Source: a virus | Virus record (IMG/VR): IMGVR_UViG_3300028563_000018 | Location: 1-64,000 of that record | Direction: 5' to 3' (one strand) | DNA length: 64,000 bases | Part shown: piece after piece, positions 29,215-38,500 of the stretch | How positions within the stretch are numbered: the first letter of the stretch is position 1 | Layout of the letters: each line of letters begins with the position of its first letter | The notes under the pieces: generated by a model | Seen by the model: the letters and a program-made list of their open reading frames with translations, nothing else | Database searches by the model: none | What the model was told of the DNA's origin: nothing | Program-made: the position numbers and the translations under genes

Positions 29215-30311
29215 GAGTCGCCTACATCTCTCTCGATTGGTCGGGCATGCGTGATGAGAACGATCACCCGACGCCAGGGGGTTCTGGTTGGTACCGGCTC
29301 GCGATGCCGGTGCAGTACCTCCAGGAGCACGCCGCCGAGCACGGACATACGTTCATCCTCGGCAACCGAGTCTGGTTCGACGTGAAGAAGGAAGTCTTCA
29401 CGACGACAGACTGGGACGAGAACTCCTACGAGGATCTCGACTTCGTCGTCCTCTCTCGCTGGATGGACCACATAGCTCCTGACGCAATTCGTGCAGCGCG
29501 CGCGTCGGGGCAGGTCGTGATCAACGACGTCGATGACTACTTCGACGGGCTGCATCCATCTAACGCCGCCTGGAAGGTGACACACCCGGCTTACAGCCCT
29601 CAGTCGAACCGCAACATCTACCGGCAGGTGCTCGGCGCCAGTTCGGGCATCACCGTCAGTACGCCGTTTCTGAAGACGAAGATGTCGGAGTTGAACGAGC
29701 GTGTTGTGTTATTACGCAATGCCATTGACCTGGAGAGATGGCAAGCGCGCGATGTCTCGGGTGATCCGATCGTCGGCTGGGTTGGCGCGACGCCGTATCG
29801 GTCTGAAGATCTACAGACCGTCGTGCATCCGGTGCAGGAATTCCTACGCTCGCATCCCGAGAGCGCGTTCTTCCACGGTGGAGCGATGCCAAATCAAGGA
29901 GTCGAGATCCCCGAGCTGATGGGTGCGTCGGGCCGGCGAGCTCGAGCCAGCTCCATGCGCTCGATCCTGACTTACCCGGAATTCTTTGCGAACTTCAACA
30001 TCGGAGTCGTGCCGCTGAACAATATTCCCTTTAACGCAGCGAAGTCGGCTTGTAAGGGGCTCGAGTACGCAGCGTCAGGGATCCCGTTCATTTCGACTTG
30101 CACACCCGAGTATGAATGGCTCGCTCGAGCGCACCTGATCGGGCACGTTGTTCGGAAGCCTAAGTACTGGAAGCCAGCACTCAACTGCTTCGCCGACGCC
30201 GACTACCGCATCCAGGTCGGGCGTGACAATCGGGCTCGCGTCGAAGCCCTCGACATGGAACTGCACTGGCGGGACTGGCTCGACGCGATCCTAGAGATCG
30301 CCCGTGGTTAG
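29211..30311 (+). CDS. GT-B fold glycosyltransferase
   Basis: 'WYRLAMP', 'DVDD', 'TVSTPFL', 'LRNAID', 'GWVG', 'KSACKGLEYAASGIP'. Confidence 0.8.
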   Translation: MRVAYISLDWSGMRDENDHPTPGGSGWYRLAMPVQYLQEHAAEHGHTFILGNRVWFDVKKEVFTTTDWDENSYEDLDFVVLSRWMDHIAPDAIRAARASGQVVINDVDDYFDGLHPSNAAWKVTHPAYSPQSNRNIYRQVLGASSGITVSTPFLKTKMSELNERVVLLRNAIDLERWQARDVSGDPIVGWVGATPYRSEDLQTVVHPVQEFLRSHPESAFFHGGAMPNQGVEIPELMGASGRRARASSMRSILTYPEFFANFNIGVVPLNNIPFNAAKSACKGLEYAASGIPFISTCTPEYEWLARAHLIGHVVRKPKYWKPALNCFADADYRIQVGRDNRARVEALDMELHWRDWLDAILEIARG

Positions 30312-30670
30312 GTCGATCCGCACTTCGCCTTGATGGTGTCGAACACGTTCGGCGCCGACTGAAGGTGTTTGGCCGAGGCCAGGGCTGACGCGTCGTCGCG
30401 GTTGAACGAAGCCAGGATGATCTTGCCGATGTCGATGCGGAACTGTTGCTCGGCATCGTCGGCGACCTTCGACTTGCAGTCACCGTGCGACGACAGTGAC
30501 GCAACCGCGTGCAGGCTGTTGTCGCTGCTGAACGAGACGAACATGGTCGTCATCGTCACGATCAGGATGATGAAGGCGAGTAAGAGCGCCGACCAGAGCG
30601 TGCGAGGTGACAGAAGGTGCACGGTGTCGGTACTCCGTTGCAGTGCGTCGTCGCGGTCGGGCTCAATCAT
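30308..30670 (-). CDS. membrane protein (holin or lysis-accessory candidate)
   Basis: One TM helix; last gene of the late operon. Confidence 0.45.
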   Translation of the reverse strand: MIEPDRDDALQRSTDTVHLLSPRTLWSALLLAFIILIVTMTTMFVSFSSDNSLHAVASLSSHGDCKSKVADDAEQQFRIDIGKIILASFNRDDASALASAKHLQSAPNVFDTIKAKCGST

Positions 30671-30914
30671 TGAAGAACTCCTGTGGGATCTGAATCCGAC
30701 CGTCGCGGCGAATCGCCTCGACGAGCATTTCAAGTCGTCGATCGCACCGCGCGTTCTCGGCTTCCAAGGCTTCACATCTTTTTCTGAGCGGATCGATCAA
30801 CTGCGTGCGGCTCATTCGGTTCGCACCGATGAGTTGGATAACGAGATACACAACGACGGCAAACAAGCCGAGTACGCCGCCGCCTGCAACCCACTGCGAA
30901 AGTTCCTGCGGCAC
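30663..30914 (-). CDS. membrane protein with coiled coil (holin-like candidate)
   Basis: 'GGGVLGLFAVVVYLVIQLI' TM segment + coiled coil; end of the tail operon. Confidence 0.5.
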   Translation of the reverse strand: MPQELSQWVAGGGVLGLFAVVVYLVIQLIGANRMSRTQLIDPLRKRCEALEAENARCDRRLEMLVEAIRRDGRIQIPQEFFND

Positions 30915-31063
30915 GGCAACCCCAACGCGACTTACGTGATACCCGCGACCGCCGAGGTCGAATCCGTTCTTCCCCGACGGCCCGCGAGCGCCGAACCGCC
31001 ACAAGTGCGGTCCTGTGATTCTGTCAAGGACGCCACGCTCGGTGCGAGTGATCGCGCGCGTCT

Positions 31064-32050
31064 TTAGTGGGGTGCACCAAGTCTTCCGATGTCATGCACC
31101 GAGAACGAGAGGAACGTCGTCGCGTTCTGGATCCCCATCACTCCAGTCGCGCACGTGGCACGCAACTTGCGTGTGACCGCAGGGTTGCCGATGCCCGCCT
31201 CGATGTAGGTCCAGTTGAGCGTTTCGAAGTCACCAGCGTTGGGAACGCGCAGCACCGCGTGATCGAGCTCGACGTTGGTGTCCGTGCAGAGTCGGATCAC
31301 GCAGTCGCCATCGTTCGTGTTGTTCGACACGAGCGCCCTGATCCGGAACTCGTACACGCGATTCAGATACGAGGTGTAAGTCAATGCGGCCGGGACGGCT
31401 CCGTTCGCCAGGACATCGACCTCGGTGGTGATCGACCCCTGGTTGATGCCGTTGAAGAGCGAGTTGATGTAACCCCAGGAGGTATTCCATGGCGGTGTCC
31501 AACCAATGATGGGGTCCTGGAAATAGAGGGTATTCCCGGTGTCAGTCTCGTAGATGCAGTCGCCCTCCACCGGGAACGCAGGGCGTGTGGTCGACGTGCA
31601 AATCGTGTAGTGCGTAATGGCGGGACTGCTCACTGCCAGTCGAGCGATGTCCTCGGTAGTCGTGCTGAAGATTCCGCCCGCTTGGAGAATTTCAAGCTGT
31701 TCACCGCCGGTGAGGGGCGTCGCGGCGACGGTCAGACCAGAGATGTCAGTAGGCACAGTGATTGTCGTAGACGAGTCTGCGCCGAGCCCGGCGATGTAGC
31801 GCGACCCAGAGCGCCCGACCACGCGCACCGTGTCGCCCGCGACGGGAGCGATCCCGAATCCGTAGGCGATTGAGACGGGGAGTGTCGCTCCGGTCATGAG
31901 GACGCTTGCGTGGCGCGACACGTCGTCGACCACCTGGACGACTCCAAACTCGTCGGGAGGTACGAGCTTGTTGACGGTGTCCGTCGCGATCTTTCGCATG
32001 TAGTCGCGCATGCGCGCTGCGACGTGAACATCCTTGAAGGTCGCGCTCAT
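31064..32050 (-). CDS. minor tail protein
   Basis: Position after the tail hub; OB-like N-terminus; 'STTRP...EGDCIYETDTG' fibre motif. Confidence 0.65.
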   Translation of the reverse strand: MSATFKDVHVAARMRDYMRKIATDTVNKLVPPDEFGVVQVVDDVSRHASVLMTGATLPVSIAYGFGIAPVAGDTVRVVGRSGSRYIAGLGADSSTTITVPTDISGLTVAATPLTGGEQLEILQAGGIFSTTTEDIARLAVSSPAITHYTICTSTTRPAFPVEGDCIYETDTGNTLYFQDPIIGWTPPWNTSWGYINSLFNGINQGSITTEVDVLANGAVPAALTYTSYLNRVYEFRIRALVSNNTNDGDCVIRLCTDTNVELDHAVLRVPNAGDFETLNWTYIEAGIGNPAVTRKLRATCATGVMGIQNATTFLSFSVHDIGRLGAPH

Positions 32051-33825
32051 ACGACGGACACCACCCTCTTCATCACGCCCGTCATTGGGTCGATCCCCAT
32101 CGGGATCTCAAAACTCGACAACAGGTAGTTGGTCGGCTGACCGAGTTCGGGATCAGGATCGACGTACGAGACGACATCGCCGCCGTCGAGCCAGGGGACA
32201 ACGATGCTCGTGAAGTCAATTTCGTAGCTCTCGAGCGCCATGACTTTGAGGTAGGCCGCGGCGAGCGTGGCGGCTTCCTGGTCACTGGCGACCAGGCTCG
32301 ACAGGAACGACCATGTCCGGTCGCCGATGCCGGGGTTACTTCCGTCACCCAGGCCAGATGTCGCGTCGCCGACGTACACGGGCGAGCTCGGGTCGGTGAC
32401 CAACGCCTCGGCGAAAACGAGGGAGTTACTCTGGCCCGATCCGCGCACGACGATGTGGTTGTAGAGGCTGGAGTCGTTCGTGCTGCGCACCGGTGGCGAA
32501 TCGCCCGCGACCAAACTGCCATCGGGATCGCCACCCTTGAAGGTCCACACCGGAGCGAAGGTCGTGGGATCTTGGAACGGTCGCACAAGCAAGGTGCTCT
32601 GCGCCGTGAAGAAGATTTCGTAGCCCAGAGCGTTGAGAATGGTTTGCAAGGATGCCAGTCTCGTGCTGTCGGCTTGGAAGGTCTGGTCGAACGCCAGACG
32701 CGGCGCCGTACCCGCCGCCCACGGCACTGACACGTTCGTGATGCCGGCATCGGCAGCGACGGCTTGGACGATCACTCCGACGTCTGTACCGGCCGTGAAA
32801 GTCACTGTGTTGGCGTACTGGGAAGTGATCAAGCGCTTCGTGAGATCTCGTCCAGTTACGTGGATGGTCGACGGCACATGCGAGTCTTCGACGCGGTCGA
32901 TCATGAAGTCGCCGATCGGCACCTCAAAGAGTTGCGAGTTCCCGTAGTAGAAGCCGTAGTAGGCGCGAATGATCTTGTCGTACCAGAGTTGTCCGACACC
33001 GATCCGAAGACGGCTATCGGTGGGGACGAAGTTGATGTCGAGCGTGCGGCGCTCATCGCGTGTGATGTCGACCGAAACGCTGCCACCAGCGTTCATCTCG
33101 ATCGGGCACGCACTCGATGGCATCCAAAGCGTCGACTGATCAGCCTCGTAAATCTCCAACCGACGCGAAATCTGCACACGGCCGGCGAGCAGTCGCTTCG
33201 TTTGCGAGACGGTGGGCGGTCCACCGGTGCCGATGCCGCCGCCACCGACCGTGCCGGTTGGAGGTCCACCAGTGGAGGGTGGTCCACCGCCGCTCCCACC
33301 GCCGCCGGGAATGGTGCCGTACTCGAGGAGAAGATCCTGTCCGTTTTCGAGAAGTAGTTCGGCGCCGGATTCCAACAGAAGAGAAACGCCAGGGCCACCG
33401 GCGGTGCCACCGCCAGGGCCACTGCCACTGCCCCCGCCGCCCGACCCTCCACCTCCAGAGCCCCCGCCGCCGGTTGGGACCACAACCTCAAGTGCAAGCG
33501 GTTGACCCGATTCAAGAAGAAGTGAACCTCCCGACTCGGCCAAAAGTGCGACGGTGTCGCCGCCGCCCCCTGGAGCCGGAGTAGGTGGGTCGGTGATGGC
33601 AGCACCGAACGCATGCGCAGCAGGGGACGTTCCGTTGACGCCCCGGATTACATTCCAAAAGGTGAGATCGGAAGGATACGACAGCCCCGTCACCGTCATC
33701 TGTTCCGAGTCGATCAGAATGTTGAAAGGGAACGATGTCAGTGGAAAGGTACTGCTGAGCGCCTGGATGTTGAGTTGGATGCCGGGCGGTCCCGCAACGG
33801 TCTCGCCAAGGGTTGCGTGACTCAT
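32047..33825 (-). CDS. minor tail/baseplate hub protein with Gly-rich linkers
   Basis: Second gene after the tape measure; C-terminal hub-like region ('YNHIVVRG', 'PWLDGGD'). Confidence 0.7.
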   Translation of the reverse strand: MSHATLGETVAGPPGIQLNIQALSSTFPLTSFPFNILIDSEQMTVTGLSYPSDLTFWNVIRGVNGTSPAAHAFGAAITDPPTPAPGGGGDTVALLAESGGSLLLESGQPLALEVVVPTGGGGSGGGGSGGGGSGSGPGGGTAGGPGVSLLLESGAELLLENGQDLLLEYGTIPGGGGSGGGPPSTGGPPTGTVGGGGIGTGGPPTVSQTKRLLAGRVQISRRLEIYEADQSTLWMPSSACPIEMNAGGSVSVDITRDERRTLDINFVPTDSRLRIGVGQLWYDKIIRAYYGFYYGNSQLFEVPIGDFMIDRVEDSHVPSTIHVTGRDLTKRLITSQYANTVTFTAGTDVGVIVQAVAADAGITNVSVPWAAGTAPRLAFDQTFQADSTRLASLQTILNALGYEIFFTAQSTLLVRPFQDPTTFAPVWTFKGGDPDGSLVAGDSPPVRSTNDSSLYNHIVVRGSGQSNSLVFAEALVTDPSSPVYVGDATSGLGDGSNPGIGDRTWSFLSSLVASDQEAATLAAAYLKVMALESYEIDFTSIVVPWLDGGDVVSYVDPDPELGQPTNYLLSSFEIPMGIDPMTGVMKRVVSVV

Positions 33826-35573
33826 AGTGTGCTCGTGTTCGGCAGGACGCCCATGTAGGGGATCGTCAGCACGCCGTATTCACGGACACTCAACCCGGCC
33901 TCTCGCGCAAAGTTCATCTTGTCTACGTCGACCGTGTAGACATCGCCGAAGGGCGTGCGGATCATCAGGTCAAAGCTCTCGTTGATCGCGAGATCCTTGA
34001 GACCGGCGATGATTTGACGCTTCTCGCGCGCGGTTGCGTAGGCGGTGTCGGTCAGGTGCACGGTCAGCGAGCCGTTCACTCCTAGCTTCGTGCTGTACTC
34101 GACGCGTCGCCCACGCCCGAGCAGATGCAACTCGTTCGTGTCGTACTCGTCGTCGAAGGCGTCGCTTGTCACGCCCTCTAGAAGAAAGAAGGAACCAACT
34201 GAACGAAGCACGTACGAGCTCGCCGGCGTGCTGTCCAGGTTCGACGCGAGGAACAGGCTGTAGTTGGAGTTGATCGCAGCGATGTTCGTCTGGACGTTGG
34301 TAGGATCCGAGAGCACGTTCGCGCCGAACCGCGTCGCGACCTGCACAACCTTGTAGTCGTTCAGATCTCCTGCGGCGTAGTCGTGGAAGGTGTAATTCGA
34401 CGAGTTGACCGTCTCGACGTCGATAAGTTCCCACTGATTCGGATCGACGATGCCGCCGAAGCCGGTGACCGTGGTATCCCAGCGACGACGACGGAACACC
34501 CACCAGGCGACCCATGTGCTGTCCTTGGAGGCGTTGGTCCACGCGACCGTCACGTAACCAAGAGTGGCGAAGGGGGAGGGGTCGACCGTGAACGACGGCG
34601 CCGCTGGCGACGACCAGGCAGTCGTGAACGCGTGCGTCCCGTCGCTGGTGAGACCAACTCCGTCAGTGACGTTGACCTGGACGGTGTAGCTGTTGCTGTT
34701 CTTGAGGATCCCGCTCGGCAACGCGAACGAGAGCGGGTTGCCCGCGAGCACGCCTGACAGGTAAACGACGGTGCCACCGGCGGTGACGTCGTAGATGATC
34801 ACCTCATAGAACGCACCAGCCGTCGAATCCGAATACGTCCAGGTGACCGTCGGCGTCGGGTTGGTGATCGCTCCGGTGGGAGCGGTGACGGTGATGACCG
34901 GCGCGTCGGCCAACACGAACGGTACGAGGTCGGAGACTGGTCCTTGCTGGCCGTCCCGATCCCACAAGGTGACAGACCAGTAGAGCTGCTCACCTTTGTG
35001 GCCGACAGCAATCGAGATGCCGCTGATCACGTTGTTGGGCGACGTGACCTTCGTGGTGTCAACGATCGGCGTCAACGTGTGGTCGTAGATGATGATCTGG
35101 TAGGCGGTCTGCGTGTCGCCGGGATCTGTGTCGTTGAACCCCCAAGCGAACACCTGCGAGCCATACAAGGTCGCCGTGCTCGCCAGACTCGACGGCGACA
35201 TATTGATCGCCTTCGGTGGATGCGAGATCGGGAAGACAACATACGGCGACCAGTCACTCGCGACCCAAATGCCTCCGTTGGCGGCGGGTACTGCTCGAGC
35301 GCGCACGTACCAGGTGCCGACACTCAGGCGCTGCGCGTCGGGAATCGTCGCGTTGTGGATCGTGCCGACCTGAGCGAGTGCGCTGTCGGGCTCGACGTAG
35401 TTTCCGGTGTTGGTGGTGAAACCAGCGTCCGACGCCCACTGCCATTCGACCTTGATGAACGGGAACGGCGAGAAGGTCGAGTTGATGATGTTCGCGCTGA
35501 GCACCGGCGTGTCGGTACCCTGCTGCGTCGTGGGACCGATCGCGTGCGGTGGGACAGGCCAGGGATTGCTCAC
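33822..35573 (-). CDS. minor tail protein (Ig/FN3-like domains, distal-tail-like C-terminus)
   Basis: Immediately follows the tape measure; beta-rich repeats. Confidence 0.7.
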   Translation of the reverse strand: MSNPWPVPPHAIGPTTQQGTDTPVLSANIINSTFSPFPFIKVEWQWASDAGFTTNTGNYVEPDSALAQVGTIHNATIPDAQRLSVGTWYVRARAVPAANGGIWVASDWSPYVVFPISHPPKAINMSPSSLASTATLYGSQVFAWGFNDTDPGDTQTAYQIIIYDHTLTPIVDTTKVTSPNNVISGISIAVGHKGEQLYWSVTLWDRDGQQGPVSDLVPFVLADAPVITVTAPTGAITNPTPTVTWTYSDSTAGAFYEVIIYDVTAGGTVVYLSGVLAGNPLSFALPSGILKNSNSYTVQVNVTDGVGLTSDGTHAFTTAWSSPAAPSFTVDPSPFATLGYVTVAWTNASKDSTWVAWWVFRRRRWDTTVTGFGGIVDPNQWELIDVETVNSSNYTFHDYAAGDLNDYKVVQVATRFGANVLSDPTNVQTNIAAINSNYSLFLASNLDSTPASSYVLRSVGSFFLLEGVTSDAFDDEYDTNELHLLGRGRRVEYSTKLGVNGSLTVHLTDTAYATAREKRQIIAGLKDLAINESFDLMIRTPFGDVYTVDVDKMNFAREAGLSVREYGVLTIPYMGVLPNTSTL

Positions 35574-38500
35574 GACATCGACTCCAGGTTCCGAATAAAG
35601 GCTTCCGCGTCGTCGCCGTTCTTGACATTCGGGAAGACGAGGTCGCCATGGAAATGATTCTCCGTCTTCGAGGAACCACTCGTCACGAGCGTGTTACCGC
35701 CCTTGTCGATGAACTTCTCCATGCGGTCCATCGTTCCGACGAGTCGAGACATTGAGAACCCAGACGGCAACGGTGCCACGAGCTCGGGACGGCCGGCTTC
35801 GGCGATTCGTGCGTGGATGCCGCCGGGTACCGGCTGCGCGATGCCACCTTCGGCCAGGTGGAACCCGAGCACCGACTTCACGATCGGGCCGACGATTGGC
35901 AGACCTTCGATGACACCCACGCCGGGGATGTTCTTCGCTGCATTCTGCATGCCCGTGAGCAATCCACCGAACAGGCTCTTGCCAGTGTCCAGCAGCCACG
36001 TAGACGTGTCGCCAAGCGCACCAAGGATCGTGTTCTTCAAGCCCGAGAAGAAGGGCGAGACGAAGTTGTTCCACACGCTCTGGATGCCGTTCCACGCGTC
36101 GTTCATGAGGTTCGATCCCCACGTCAGGAACCGACCACCGGTGCCTGCGACGGCGCCTGAGATCCGATCCCAGGTCCGAGCGAAGAACGGTTGGATGTAC
36201 TGATTCCAGACCTGGCCGATGCCGCCGAACATCTGCACCATGAGGCCTTCGCCCCAGTTGAAAAGGTCACGTCCGATGTTGCCGAGCGCGTGCACGATCT
36301 TCGACGGCAGCTTCTTGAACCAGGTCTCGATCCCGTTGACGATGTCGGGGATGATCGAGTGACCGAGGAGCTTGTCGTACGCCCACACAAATGGATGGAT
36401 GATCGCTTCGCCGACGCCGATGAGACCTTCCCAAAGATTCCTCCCCAAGCTCTTGAACCCGTCCACCATCGCACCAGGGAGACTCTTGATCCAAGGGAAT
36501 GCGGTCTTGTCCCACCAGTCCTGGAATGAGTGCCAGTTCTGCTTGAACTCGTCGAAGCTTGGGCTCGGCATGTGGATGTTCAGGATGTCGAGCTTCGTCT
36601 GGACGTGCTGCTGCCACCAGCCGCCGGGGCCAGCGAACTCGTTCCAGGAGTCCTTGAAAGGCTTCGTAAAGATGTCGCCGAACTTCACCCTGCCGAATGC
36701 CTTCTTGACTCCGTTCTGGTATGAGTCGACGAGCTTCTGAAGATCCTCGGGGTCGGACGGCACGGATGTCGGCAAACCCGGTACCTTGATGTTCCCGGCG
36801 CCAGCAGCGTCGGCGAGCGCGCTGTTGAAGTCTCCTGCGCTCGATGCTGCGTTCTTGAACGTCTGGTCGATCGCCTGGATCATCGACTGGATCGTGTCGT
36901 AGGTATCGCCGAGCGCAGAGAGCTTGTCGTTCTGCGTCTCGTACGTCGCGTTCAGCTTGTCGTGCGCGACCTGGGCGTTCTTGACGACGACCTCCTGATC
37001 CTTCACGCGGTCGTTCGCGAAGCGGTAGCTCGTCGTGAGGGCGTCGACCTTGCGCTTCTCGAATTCGACGCCTGCGATGATGCGGTCGAACGGCATCGCC
37101 TTCATGGCGGTCGCGGCCTGGTTGATCTGGCGAGTCAGCGGATCGAACTCGATCGACTGCTGGAGGTTGAGTTCGTCGCCCTTCTTCTGGAGGTTCGTGA
37201 TTTCCTGCTCGAGCTTCGTCATCTGGTCGACGGCGTCCGACAGACCCGAACCCGAACCAGTGATCGCGTTGATCTGGTCGTTGAACGGCGCGAGCACATC
37301 GGACCCTGCGCCCTGGAGTCGGAGCGCGTTGCGTTGACCTGTGAGCAGCTCGAGTTGGCCGTGGATGTCGTCGAGGTTGCCCTTGGCGTCTTGGAGCTTG
37401 TCGAGCTTAAGTTGGAGTTTGTCAATCGCGATCCCGTTGTTGAAGATCGCGTTGGACATCTTCGTTTGGCCGGGCAACGGGGTGTTCGACCATTTGTCGA
37501 GGGCGGTCTGCGCGTCGTTCAGCTTGGAACTGAACCCGTCAGCGACGGCCTGCAAATTCGTGAGCTTCGTCTGCTCGACGTCGAGGATCTTCTGCGAGGC
37601 AGTGAGCTTCGCGTTCAGCTTGTCGACGACAATCTCCTGGCGACCGTAGGCCGCGGTAACGCGATCGAGGTCTGTGTAGAGCGTGCCCTCGATGCCAAGA
37701 CCGCGAGCCGCGGCGTTCCCCGCAGCGGACCCTCCTTGTGAGCCGATCGCCTTGATGGCCTGAGCGTTCTCAAGCGCGCGCTGGCCCGCGATGACGTCCG
37801 TCATGGCGCCGTTGAAGGCCTTGATGTCGGAGACGGCAGCCCGGAATGCCGTCCCGAGGTTCCCAAGCGACTTGTACTTCGCAGAGATGACGTCCACGCC
37901 AGCGACAACCAGGTCGACCAGAGAGGGACTGTGTCGCTGGAAGGGGTTCAAGTAATCCTGGAGCGCCTGCCAGATCGCCTGGCCGAACTGGACGACGACT
38001 CGCAGAACGCCGAGGAGTGCGTTGCCGACGTAGCCCGGAAGTTTTCCGAGAGCCGATACGACCGATTGAATCCCGTCGTTGATCTGGCTGCTGAAAACTG
38101 CGAGCAGTGCGATGACGCCTGCCGCGAGCGCGCCGATCGCGATCTCGGGGCCAGCGGCGAGCGCTGCGGCAAAAGCCTCCGCGGCGAATGCTCCGATCGC
38201 AGGAAGCGTGATGCCGATCCCAGCGAACGCCGCCTCGAAAACGGCCGCTGCTGCGGCTCCGATCGGCGCCATGGCGGGGACGATGACGCCATCCCAGATG
38301 ATCAACATCGCTACGGCCAGCGCAGCCAAGGTCTCCTTCGTGGCTTCAAACGCTGTGATGAACGCGACTCCGGCCGCGGTCCCGATCGTTGCCATCGCAG
38401 GAACGATCGTGTCTTCCCAGAGGACCAACAGGGGAAGTGCGATTGCTGAAAACACCTTTTGGGCGACCGTGAACGCGGTCTCGAATGCGAGTGCGGCAGC

